Below are positions 12,060-24,595 of a DNA stretch of 35,791 bases, piece after piece; within the stretch, counting starts at the first letter, position 1, and the number at the start of each line of letters is the position of its first letter. The stretch lies in assembly GCF_001194135.2 (NCBI RefSeq), contig NC_068999.1, positions 10,437,618 through 10,473,408 on the forward strand, given 5' to 3'. The DNA is from Octopus bimaculoides. Lineage: Eukaryota. A program made the translations under genes and the position numbers. The notes under the pieces were generated by a model, which ran no database searches, was not told the DNA's origin, and saw only the letters and a program-made list of their open reading frames with translations.

Positions 12060-13342
12060 ACACACACACATATATATGCATACGCTCACATGCATACATA
12101 CCTATATACATGTATGTACACGTGCGTACGTACACATTCGCGATATAAAATGCAATAATGTTTAATACAATTCAAAATAGCTTACGTATAGAAAGGTATT
12201 TAACTACAAACCTAACAACTTTTATTTATTTATTTATTTATGCATTTATTTATTTGGTTATTTTGGTTATTTGGAGTTGGACGAAAACATCTGTGAATTA
12301 ATCATTGGACACTCTTATGGAATATATCATATACGTGTTGTCAGATTAATTATAGACAAGAAACCATTAAGTTAAGATATATGAGTGAACCGTTATTTGG
12401 TGAAGACCAACATAAAAAATTACATTTTGTTGCATTCTACAGCAGCATGTATTACGGGACGTTCTAATAGAGTAAGTCTTCAAACTTTAAATTGACTGTT
12501 TGATCTCGTGTCAACTTCTGTTTGTTTACTTGACGCTGATGCTACTGTTCGATAAACCTCACAAAATACTTTGGAAAAAATATAAAGGTTTTTTTTTTTT
12601 TAATCATTTTTGGTGTCGTATAGATTAAAGGAACAAATCAAAACAAAATGATTTACTAGGAATCAAATGTAATTCAAGAGGGTATAAGATAACCAGTCTA
12701 CTTATGTAAAAAATGAATAACTTTATTTATTTATTTGGTGAGTTGTATACAGCGTTTTGGAAAAATAATGACACCTTACATATATCCCAAAAAATAATTT
12801 CTAGTTCAGAGTAATTCTGAGAGAGACAGATAGAGAAGGAGAGAGAGGGAGGGTATGAGGGGAAGAAAGAGAGAGAAAGATGATATGGGATTTATGTGTA
12901 ATACATTTCGATAAAATACAAAGGTATTTTTTCTACAGAAATTCCCAGTTTTACCTTAATTTTTTTTCGACAGTATACGCTAGTCACATTTATCCGTCTT
13001 CTCTTCTAATTTTTTTTGTCTCCATATGAGGCACAGAACGAGAAGATATCTCCGTCTCCCGCGATTCTTGACAATGGATAAAAGAAGCAAACCGTCTGTC
13101 AGTAGTTCCCTTTCTGGAACCAACCACCATGATGGATTTTGGTCTGCTACCCTTTGGCCTCGTTCGGAGAATCCATACAAGGGCTTCCTTTGTGACGTTG
13201 TAAACAGATTTCCGCACGGTGTGTCCCAATCAACTCCATTCCTTTCTCTAATCTTGTGTTTTGGCTGGATTTTTGGCTCCCCTTCTTACACAACGCTTTG
13301 TGTAAGAGTCTGTCTTGCCAACTCATACGTAGAATGCTCTAG

Positions 13343-13420
13343 AATCACATATTCACAAAGGAGATTCTGGATGAGTATGTGAGAACGTGTTCTGTTAAGC
13401 AAACGCATGAAATTATTGAA
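13343..13420 (+). CDS. Candidate 78-nt phase 0-0 exon (NHIFTKEILDEYVRTCSVKQTHEIIE)
   Basis: Consensus donor GAA|GTAAGT at 13421 and an open frame back to CTCTAG| at 13342. The polypyrimidine tract is weak and no homology was recognised. Confidence 0.15.
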
Positions 13421-13718
13421 GTAAGTTTCCGGGTAAAGTTTTACTGATAAAGAGAACGGAACAAATATTGAAGAACTCTCTGATCGCCATCTTTCATACA
13501 CCTACAGCAGAACTGCCTTCACGAAAATGTATAGTCTCACGTAATCTGGCATCTTTTGATTCCTTTAAACAAATGTTCGTCTTACCTCTGAAGAAATGTA
13601 AAGAAAAACAAAATATTCTACAATTTACATTGCTGCCGTTTTTGATTTAACTATAAGATTTTCCAATTAAATTATACGTAAATAAAGCAGCATAATTCAC
13701 AGGAACTATTATTGACTT

Positions 13719-13935
13719 CGGAGGTGCAATGGTCCAGTGGTTAGGGCGGCGGACTCGCGGTCGTAGGATCACGGTTTCGATTCCCAGACCGGGTGTTGTG
13801 TGTTTATTGAGCTAAATCACATAAAGCACCACGAGGCTCCGACAGGGGTGGGGGTGGCGACCCCATTGTACTCTTTCGCCCCGAATTTCTCTCACTCTTT
13901 CTTCCTGTTTCTTCAGTAACGCTGCGATGGACTGT
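13719..13935 (+). mobile_element. tRNA-derived SINE (family C)
   Basis: A-box TGGTCCAGTGG (13730-13740) and B-box-like GTTTCGATTCC (13774-13784) at tRNA-like spacing, followed by a GC-rich non-tRNA body in an AT-rich context. The 3' boundary is approximate. Confidence 0.65.
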
Positions 13936-14457
13936 AGTAGAGGCAACATGTTCTTTGTCTATCTCCTTAACTTCTTGGAGATTTTAGGTATAATTATACT
14001 AATGAGTTCATCTGTTCTAATTTAATTAAATTCTATGTCTTTGTGCAGCTGAGGATTGCTCTGCATTTTAAATTGATGTAATGATTGCATTTTTCAATTA
14101 AATGGAGTTGCATGAAACGATCGTGCTACATTACCTCTGGATATCCTTGTAACTTATTTTGATTATATATATATANNNNNNNNNNNNNNNNNNNNNNNNN
14201 NNNNNNNNNNNNNNNNNNNNNNNNNNNNNNNNNNNNNNNNNNNNNNNNNNNNNNNNNNNNNNNNNNNNNNNNNNNNNNNNNNNNNNNNNNNNNNNNNNNN
14301 NNNNNNNNNNNNNNNNNNNNNNNNNNNNNNNNNNNNNNNNNNNNNNNNNNNNNNNNNNNNNNNNNNNNNNNNNNNNNNNNNNNNNNNNNNNNNNNNNNNN
14401 NNNNNNNNNNNNNNNNNNNNNNNNNNNNNNNNNNNNNNNNNNNNNNNNNNNNNNNNN

Positions 14458-14491
<34 letters not shown>

Positions 14492-16581
14492 TAAGCCACG
14501 TAATGGTGAGACGTTAGAAATCTGTTAATTGTTATTCGTATTTTCTCTTCTGTTGTATGATTTTTTTTTTGGGTTTGTATTCTGCTTAATGTTTATTTGA
14601 TCACAGCTTTAATGTTATTGTTTTCTTTCTTGGTTTTGCTTTCATTACACAAACCCGTTCAAGAAGACAATCTATTTTTAATTTATTTTCTTATTAATAT
14701 TGCTTTGCACATCAACAATTTTTTTTCGCAAGTCTGACAGTTCACGTGACATGTAACCCAATTTGTTGGCGTTGTGTTCATGGCGTTGAAACAATATTTC
14801 ACTACGCAGAGTAGTGCAATAAATTACGATAGACACACAACACGCAGACCAATGAAACATGACGTCACATACGTGTATATATAAAAATATATATACAGTA
14901 TATATAATTCATTTAAAGGTCACGATACGTGATTTTAAACGGTACTAATAGTTTCATATGTTGAGAAATACACAAACATATCCTTCAGTACATTATATAT
15001 ATATATATATATATATNNNNNNNNNNAGAGAGAGGGAGAGAGAGAGAGATACATACGTACATTCACAAACATATATACAAATACAGAATTTTATTTTAAA
15101 TAAAGTGTCGAGTTAACAGCCTCGATGTGTATACAAACAAACTGGCTATCCGTTTCTTTGGGGTTGGTCATGTGGCACGCATACGACTTCTATGTTTGCA
15201 ATAAAAGTCGAAAACGGAATATAGCTGTTCATAATTCTTTCAATCTATGGAGAAATCGTTCATATATATTAGTACATTGTTCATATATATATGTGTGTGC
15301 GCGTGTGTGTCTGTGTCTCTGTGTGTGCGTACTTGAGTGTGTAAGTGTGTGTTTCCGCGTGCGTGTTCATGTACACTACAAACATGCACGCAAAACCATA
15401 TGAACGCGTCCACACACCCACATATAGAACTATTTACTTGCACATACCACCCCTCCCTCCTTCCACTCCAAAAACCGGACCGATTTCCTTTCCTCCAAGT
15501 GGTCGATTTCCTGTACACCATGCAGTATTTTCCACCTAATTGTTGTCGCCCATATAAACCGATATATCAACATAACATCACGACGACACTGCGTGGCCTT
15601 CCTCGACCAATTAATGCCCACCTTACGTTTATAACAATGACCTTCTTTCGTTCATATTCAAAATGGCTGGAGAGTAGCATCCCACTTGAAACTCGGAGTA
15701 CCAAGGAATTTGACTCAAACTGTTTTGATCCATATATGTAACTCCCAATATATTTATTGAATGCCCCTCTTTCGTTCGTCCACTCACTCGTACATACACA
15801 CAAACACCCACACAGAAACAAAAACACATACACACACATAAACACATACGTGTGCACATAAGTGCAAAATAAGGTAAAGAAAATAGTACTCGAATATCAA
15901 AGGTAGAATACCATACCTTTAAAATAAATTTCTAAAATTATTACAGGACTATTACTTATCACAATTGTCCGTCGAACGGGAGTATGAAACTCTGAGTAAC
16001 AGTTCTCCGATAATTTTGCCGCATAAATGGATCTATTCCATCTCAATCATAGTTATTTTAATTAACTTTTTTTTAACTATATAGTTTGAAACTTCGAAGA
16101 CTGGTAGAATTTTAACCAATCAACGACGTATATTCGGTTGAAGAAAGCTATTGCTGTTTACGATAGTAATCGAAGAGGAACAACTTCTGGGTCATCTCCC
16201 CTAAATGTCACAACTCTATTCATATGGCGTGCGAAGACGATGTCGCCTTTATCCTTTCTTCCATTCTAGTCATCACCGTGCATTCCTTGCTCTTTCCCTC
16301 ACTTTTACACTATCAACTAGCAACCAGTGAGCTAACTTTTCACTGCCACTACAATTACCATATTTTCCGGTGTATAAGCCGCTATTTGTTTTGTTTTACC
16401 TTCATGTTTTGATTATGTTTTTTTTTTTTATCTAATAAAGACTTTTAAATTGACTTGTGTATGTGTGCGTGAGTGTGTGTTTGTTTGTTTGTGTGTGTGT
16501 GCGTGAGTAAGTGTGTGTGAATGTGTGTGCGTGAGTGTGTGTATGTTTATGTGTGTTGTTATGTGTGTATGTGTGTTTGTT

Positions 16582-16619
<38 letters not shown>

Positions 16620-16708
16620 TGGTGGGTTGTCTGTGAGTGAGTTCGTCCGTGTAATATAACCAGACATTAAAGACCTGTTCTCAAAAATGCTATCAGGTAA
16701 AACAGCCT

Positions 16709-16888
16709 AATATTACGGAAAACGTTTTTAAATATTATGGAAGACGTTTTTAAATATTATGGAAGACGTTTTTAAATATTATGGAAGACGTTTTTAAATA
16801 TTATGGAAAACGTTTTTAAATATTACGGAAAACGTTTTTAAATATTACGGAAAACGTTTTTAAATATTATGGAAGACGCTTTTAAATA
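16709..16888. repeat. 22-bp minisatellite, 8 copies
   Basis: Unit AAATATTA(T/C)GGAA(G/A)ACGTTTTT. The CG dinucleotide recurs at 16723, 16745, 16767, 16789, 16811, 16833, 16855 and 16877 (exact 22-nt period). Confidence 0.95.
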
Positions 16889-18058
16889 CATTGAGATAAG
16901 TTGAACATACAGAAAAAAACCCCAAAAGAAACAGTCTCAGTTTCCCATCCTCCTCATTGGACCCAGAAATTCTATACGAGCTCAAACGATGTCTCAAATC
17001 CCTTATATACCATTTGCTTAGGGTACAGACCATTCGAATCATTCTCTTTTCGTACTGATTATATAGCTAATTTTATAAGCAGAAGGCCATGGCTGACAGA
17101 GTTAATCTATCGCGTTTAAGCGTCCATGTTCATATAACATTTAATATCATGATGATTTCATTCAGGTTTTACACTCAATAAACTGACGCTTCAAAGTTAA
17201 CTTTAACTGTCGGGATATTCAGCAGCGGCTATATATTTCATTTCATCTTCCTTTATTTTATAAAGAGGTCAAATTTAATTATCTCAGAATGAAATCTATC
17301 CAGGTTTGCGCGATATGTATCTAAGCACGTACATACATTTCTTCAATACGTTGTTACACATCTACAGTGTATGTATGTATGTATGTATGTATGTATGTAT
17401 GTATGTATGTATTTATGCATTTATGCGTGTATACATGTACGTATGTGTGTACACACACATATGTACAGATATATATATCTAGAGAGAGAGGGAGGGGGTG
17501 AAAAATGGATAGGTATACACATTTATCATATATATATATATATATATAGACAAACAGTGTGGGAGTTACACACCATAAGTATGCAAATACACTCACCATA
17601 AACACACACATATATGTATACACACACCTTTACATTTCTGCTTGTATGTGTCTATGTGTGTTCCATTGCATGCGTTGTAATGGCGTATACACATATATGC
17701 GTATGAATCTACGACCTTCAAAATAGTTTCGTATGTATAAACTTCTCAGGCGGTGACAGATCAAATAAAATGAAAAGATTTAGTCTTTCCTTTCTTTTTC
17801 ATTTTTACATTCCATTTTCTTTCTTTTCTTACTCTCTTATGTTCGTTTCAGTTTTGACATCGCTAAGGGGGGTCCTTTGTACAGTATGGTGAGATAATAT
17901 GTTAAGTATTATCCACATATTGATCTTCATGAATATTATAATAATAATATTCTTTTATGTGTTCCTAACTGTCGTATATGATAAGACTTTATAATGAATA
18001 ATTATTTAATTGATTTATGTAAAATTCAAAAAAGAAAGGAAAAGAAAAACCATACCCC

Positions 18059-18200
18059 GTCATCACAACCATCATTATGACAACGTCCGTCATGGTCATC
18101 ACTGTCGTCGTTGCCGTCATCGTCATCATCATCATCCTCCTCATCCTCCTCCTCATCATCATCATCCTCATCATCAACGGCAGCAGCACCAACAGCAGCT
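18059..18200. repeat. Imperfect (CAT)/(CGT)/(CCT)/(CAG) trinucleotide tract
   Basis: Read directly; source of the poly-H/S/D/M ORFs. Confidence 0.85.
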
Positions 18201-18631
18201 ACACAAGCGACATCAAATATGATCAAAACTAATAATTTTTCAAATGATATTATGAATATGTTTAGAGTCCAAGAGGATAACGATGTCTGNNNNNNNNNNN
18301 NNNNNNNNNNNNNNNNNNNNNNNNNNNNNNNNNNNNNNNNNNNNNNNNNNNNNNNNNNNNNNNNNNNNNNNNNNNNNNNNNNNNNNNNNNNNNNNNNNNN
18401 NNNNNNNNNNNNNNNNNNNNNNNNNNNNNNNNNNNNNNNNNNNNNNNNNNNNNNNNNNNNNNNNNNNNNNNNNNNATATATATATATATATATAATGTAT
18501 GCATATATGTGTGTGTGCTTGTGTGTATGAGGAAGGAGATAAAGAGATGGATAGACATAGAGACAGACAGACAGACAGGCAGATTTTTATACTGGTAGAT
18601 AAATATGTCTGTTTGTCTCTCTCTCTCTTTG

Positions 18632-18696
<65 letters not shown>

Positions 18697-20202
18697 ACCA
18701 GTCTACTTTGTAATTCAATATCACAGAGAGAATTACATCTCTAGCAACTTGTATTTTCTTAGCAATAACGTTGTGAGAGCTCTCATCGACGTAATTTAGG
18801 ATATCGTAAACTTGCTTATGTACAGGTATGAGTGTCTTGGCGCTGGTTTAACAGCACCGCTAAATAATCAAATACTGTACCAGGTATATGCACTTCTTAT
18901 TATCCCGCAGTAATTGCTAACATAAGTAGAAAATTTTAAGTTGGTAGAGAAACATTTAAACACATAATGACCCGCATCCAATAAAAATGATCAGGTTAGC
19001 CCAAGTTGGTGTCCAGTAACACGGACGGTCTAAGAAGTAAAAATGTGTAAGTTTGTGATACTAAATTTCGTGTCATGTTCAAGGCAAAAGGGTTTGCTGG
19101 ATTTTTAAAAGTATGTATATAAGATGTAATGTACTGAACGTCCTTATTGACTTCTTAGTATATGGCGATGTGCATTTGTCTAGAATATATTTGTCATTAA
19201 AACTCTTACGCTTACTTCTTCAGCGCATGCATGCATACATAAATCTTTGTGTTTCTCTCTTTCTCTCCAACGTAGCTGGAACAAAGAAGACGTGTCCTTG
19301 TCTGTCTCCTGTCCAAGCTTGATTTACGCGTTCGCCACCACAACCTCGCTTAGGCTTAGCAGCCCTTCCTGTTTGTTTTTACTGTCCTGTTTGTGTGACC
19401 AATTTTGACCCTCCGCAAAATCCGAAATTTAATTTGATTTGCTTTGCGGGCGCAACTGTTTTATCGAAAGCGTATATTGTTGATAAATGCTCGAAATACG
19501 AGACGAGGAAAACAACTAACAATTGATAAAGGGTCGTTCTTTGTGTTGCGTACCTTGTTTTCCATTTGTGTCTTTCGTTGTTCGAAAAAAATAGTTCATA
19601 TTCCACGTATTAGTACTTCGTATTCTTTGTTGTACATGTTTCATGACGTCCTATGCCCATATATGCATATATATNNNNNNNNNNNNNNNNNNNNNNNNNN
19701 NNNNNNNNNNNNNNNNNNNNNNNNNNNNNNNNNNNNNNNNNNNNNNNNNNNNNNNNNNNNNNNNNNNNNNNNNNNNNNNNNNNNNNNNNNNNNNNNNNNN
19801 NNNNNNATATATATATATATATATATAAATACGTATAGGTGTAAATATGTACATATACGTATGTATATACGCATATATACCGATGTATATATACTGAATG
19901 TATATGTATTGGTAAACGCATCATTTTGGCAGTGGTATTTCGTCCTGAGAAAGTCACTTTAAAGACGTTAGCTAGGCAAAATGAATCGCTCGCATACGTA
20001 ACGTACACACGCACAACACACATCACATACCGTATTATATATATGTCTCTGTGTGTATGATATAGCCGTCAAACATTCCTCAGCTGATATTCTAACGTGT
20101 TAAACGAGAGAATGTGCTCATATGATATACACTCGTATATAGATGTGACACAGGTCGGAATGTCATTGAAAATATTTTGATTAAAAGTGTTTTTTCCATC
20201 AG

Positions 20203-20460
20203 AGATGAAGGAGAATGAAGAGTGGAGGAGTAGGTAGACGAGGAGGAAGAGGACGAGGAGGTGGAGGAGGTGGAGGAAGAAGAGGAAGATGAGAAGATGA
20301 TGGAGAAGAAGAAGAAGAAGAAGAAGAAGAAGAAGAAGAAGAAGAAGAAGAAGAAGAAGAAGAAGAAAGAGGAGGAGGATCACGAAGAAGAAGAAGAAGA
20401 AGAGAGGGTAGAGAAAGGAGAAGAGGGAGAGCACCAGCTACAAGAACTACAACAAAGACA
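20203..20460. repeat. Polypurine (GAG)/(GAA)n tract
   Basis: Read directly; pure (GAA)n at about 20304-20368. Confidence 0.9.
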
Positions 20461-20646
20461 AGAAATGCAGTTTTGACGAAAACAAAAAAAAAATTCAAGG
20501 TGACAAAATGAGAACAGGAATGACAGCGTCGTCGCATCAAGAAAAACGTTCATGCGGCGAATATTTAACGGTCACTTAATGTATGTGTTAAGTTAACAAT
20601 AATATACTTAATTCCATCTACAAATATATAACAGTTAATATTCAAG

Positions 20647-21841
<1,195 letters not shown>

Positions 21842-22235
21842 NNNNNNNNNNNNNNNNNNNNNNNNNNNNNNNNNNNNNNNNNNNNNNNNNNNNNNNNNNN
21901 NNNNNNNNNNNNNNNNNNNNNNNNNNNNNNNNNNNNNNNNNNNNNNNNNNNNNNNNNNNNNNNNNNNNNNNNNNNNNNNNNNNNNNNNNNNNNNNNNNNN
22001 NNNNNNNNNNNNNNNNNNNNNNNNNNNNNNNNNNNNNNNNNNNNNNNNNNNNNNNNNNNNNNNNNNNNNNNNNNNNNNNNNNNNNNNNNNNNNNNNNNNN
22101 NNNNNNNNNNNNNNNNNNNNNNNNNNNNNNNNNNNNNNNNNNNNNNNNNNNNNNNNNNNNNNNNNNNNNNNNNNNNNNNNNNNNNNNNNNNNNNNNNNNN
22201 NNNNNNNNNNNNNNNNNNNNNNNNNNNNNNNNNNN

Positions 22236-22274
<39 letters not shown>

Positions 22275-22427
22275 GTTTTTCATGACGTGCAATTGAACAT
22301 AACTCGAGTGGTATTTTTATTAGGCAGATGCCTTGTACCGTTACGTTATGTTTCGTGAATGCTCCATCAAACACCAGTCATGCTGAACTACGAAGAAAAT
22401 ACTTATAGATACATACTCACGAACCTA

Positions 22428-22463
<36 letters not shown>

Positions 22464-23059
22464 CATACACCTATATGTGTGTGTGTTTGTGTGTGTGTGT
22501 CAGTGTAATATCTTGGCTGAATATATACATCATTTCTTGGCTGAATTTCCGCTCTCTGCTCCGACATATTACGAACAGATTGATTTTCTTGGTGCGTGTA
22601 TATAGATGTAGTGAGTGACGATAACACAATAGCAGACACCAGAAGAACTTCACACGGGACAGTGCTTGTACTCTGTAGCTGGAAACGGTGACACCTATAT
22701 ATGATCATCGGAGAATTACGAAAAAAATTTCGCGAGATAATATTCATTTAAATATCTAAACAAGTAATAAAATGTATTTGAATTTTTATGCTGTTTCACA
22801 AGAATACTAAACAGACAATTACAGATTTTCTACAAATGTATAACTGAACAAACAATCTGGATTTTCCTAATCAGAGATTTATTAATTTCATTATTATTGC
22901 TATTAACATCCTTATCAGTATTTGATTTACAGAATTTAGATACTCCGAAAATACCAGAAGTAAATGGATATAAACGCCTTGGAAGATCTGGGTTCAAATC
23001 AGTTTGTGGACATTTGATCAGTTGCAAAGCAATCAGATTATTAGCATATGCTGACAGGA

Positions 23060-23240
23060 GGGTGGCGAGCATGCAGAATCGTTAGTGTTCCGGGCAGAAT
23101 GTTTAGTCATCGAGCGCAACTTTGCTTTCCATCTTTGTAGAGGTCTTATAAGATATGCATCAGTTCAGCTCAGGGCTCGATATAATCGATTATCCCTCTC
23201 TACCGAAATTGCTGGCCTTGTGCCAAAATTTGAAACGAAT
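23060..23240 (+). mobile_element. SINE family B copy (internally deleted, diverged)
   Basis: Head GGTGGCGAGC..GCAGAATCGTTAG. The 3' end CGAAATTGCTGGCCTTGTGCCAAAATTTGAAA is shared with the copies at 23333-23543 and, inverted, 23927-24137. Confidence 0.65.
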
Positions 23241-23257
23241 ATTTATTGACAGGATAA

Positions 23258-23331
23258 GGTATTCCGTCTGTCTTTATGCTCTGAGTTCGAATGCCACCGA
23301 AGTCGACTTTGCTTTTCATCGTTTCAGGGTC
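23258..23331 (+). mobile_element. SINE family B internal fragment
   Basis: GGTATTCCGTCTG...CTGAGTTCGAATGCC (B-box-like)...GACTTTGCTTTTCATC parallels the adjacent copy at 23343-23400. Confidence 0.6.
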
Positions 23332-23332
23332 T

Positions 23333-23543
23333 AAATGCTTAGCGGTATTTCGTCTGCCGTTACGTTCTGAGTTCAACTTTGCCTTTCATCCTTTCGGCGT
23401 CGATAAATAAAGTACCAGTTACGCACTGGAGTTGATTTAATCGACTTATTCCCTTTGCCTGTTTTTTTGTCCCCTCTATGTTTAGCCCCTTGTGGGCAAT
23501 AAAGAAAAAGAAAATGTCTGGCTTTGTGCCAAAATTTGAAATC
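23333..23543 (+). mobile_element. SINE family B copy
   Basis: AAATGCTTAGCGGTATTTCGTCTG...CTTTGCCTTTCATCCTTTCGG...AAGTACCAGTTACGCACTGG...TGTGCCAAAATTTGAAA is homologous to the neighbouring copies. Confidence 0.7.
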
Positions 23544-23643
23544 TATATATATCGGCAGGGGTGATTTTACTAGGAAAACCATACTGTAACATGCTTTTTT
23601 TTTGTCAAAAAGAAATCAGGTTTTGGTAATCAAATCAGAGGAA

Positions 23644-23750
23644 GGCGCTGAGTGGGCCGAACCATTGGATGAAATGCGTAGTGCTGTTTCTTCCGGCCTT
23701 TTACATTTTAAGTCCAATAACGCCGGGGTAATTTTTGTTCTACTTCTTTC
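23644..23750 (+). mobile_element. Highly diverged SINE family B 5' fragment
   Basis: GGCGCTGAGTGGGCCGAACCATTGG..AAATGCGTAGTGCTGTTTC follows the same motif order as the family B head. Confidence 0.35.
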
Positions 23751-23926
23751 CACATGTCTCTTAGTGTCTGTTTGTGTGTGAAAGAGACTTCTGTGAGAAC
23801 CTTGGTCTGGTTGTTAATATGCTAGAATTATCAATGCTCATTTTTTTTACGCAAATAGCGACTTTTGAATAAATAAACTAAAAAATGATAGATCGGTTAA
23901 AGTTAGCAGTCATCAGTAAATTAATA

Positions 23927-24137
23927 ATGATTTCAAATTTTGGCACAAGGCCAGCAATTTCGAGGTAGGGGATGAGCGGATTACATCGACTCCAGTGCAC
24001 AAGTGGAATTTATTTATATACCTCGAAAGGATGGAAAACAAGTTCGATCTGGTAGAATTTGAGCTCAGAAGGTAATGAGTCGGAAGTAATACTGCTTAGC
24101 ATTTTCTCTGACGTGGTAACAATTCGGCCATCTCGCC
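23927..24137 (-). mobile_element. SINE family B copy, inverted relative to the 23060-23543 copies
   Basis: 23931-23962 is the exact reverse complement of 23204-23235 (32/32 nt), and the remainder aligns to the family B body and head. Confidence 0.7.
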
Positions 24138-24148
24138 TTCTTTCTGAA

Positions 24149-24303
24149 TACTCTTTTACTCTTGCACTTGTTTCAGTCATTTGACTGCGGCCATGCTGGA
24201 GCACCGCCTTTAGTCGAGCAAATCTACCCCAGGCCTTATTCTTAGTAAGCCTAGTACTTATTCTCTCGGTCTGTTTTGCCGAACCACTAAGTTACGGGGG
24301 ACA
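24149..24303 (-). mobile_element. 3' half of a family A SINE
   Basis: Direct match to 28113-28262 (CAGTCATTTGACTGCGGCCATGCTGG...AAGTTACGGGGAC), including the TACTCTTTTACTC tail. Confidence 0.85.
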
Positions 24304-24407
24304 CAGCAATAATGAAAATACGACGAGATGGGTATGGCTGGAACTCCTTGATTATAAGTGTGAGTATAATTCTGAGTGAGCTGCCCTGTGGTTAAACACC
24401 GTCTAGA

Positions 24408-24595
24408 ATAACAAGAAGAAAAAAGCAGTAGTAGCATCAGCGTTGACAACCACAACATAAAACAGTTGCAGGAGCAAAAGGAACAACAACGACAGCCAAA
24501 ACAACGGCACCAGCCGCAACAGTAACAAGAGTTGGACGAAGAAGAACCTCAGCAGCGGCAACAATAATGTCGACAAAATAACAGACACAACGTAA
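24408..24595. repeat. Degenerate (AAC)/(AGC) trinucleotide tract
   Basis: Read directly; an old eroded microsatellite. Confidence 0.7.

Noticed and set aside
13719-13795. tRNA gene (also the heads at 28455-28527 and 35690-35760)
   Set aside because: A/B boxes are present but I could not fold a complete cloverleaf, and each continues into a repeat body. They are interpreted as SINE heads; tRNAscan-SE would settle it.
16709-16888. CRISPR-like array
   Set aside because: The units are contiguous with no unique spacers, the context is eukaryotic, and there are no cas genes.
18010-18222. His-rich ORF resembling a metal-binding or structural protein
   Set aside because: It is the frame reading of a (CAT)n microsatellite; the other frames give poly-S, D or M equally well.
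20261-20476. Poly-Glu/poly-Lys ORF resembling an acidic/basic nuclear protein
   Set aside because: It is entirely explained by the (GAG)/(GAA) tract, with no splice or start context.
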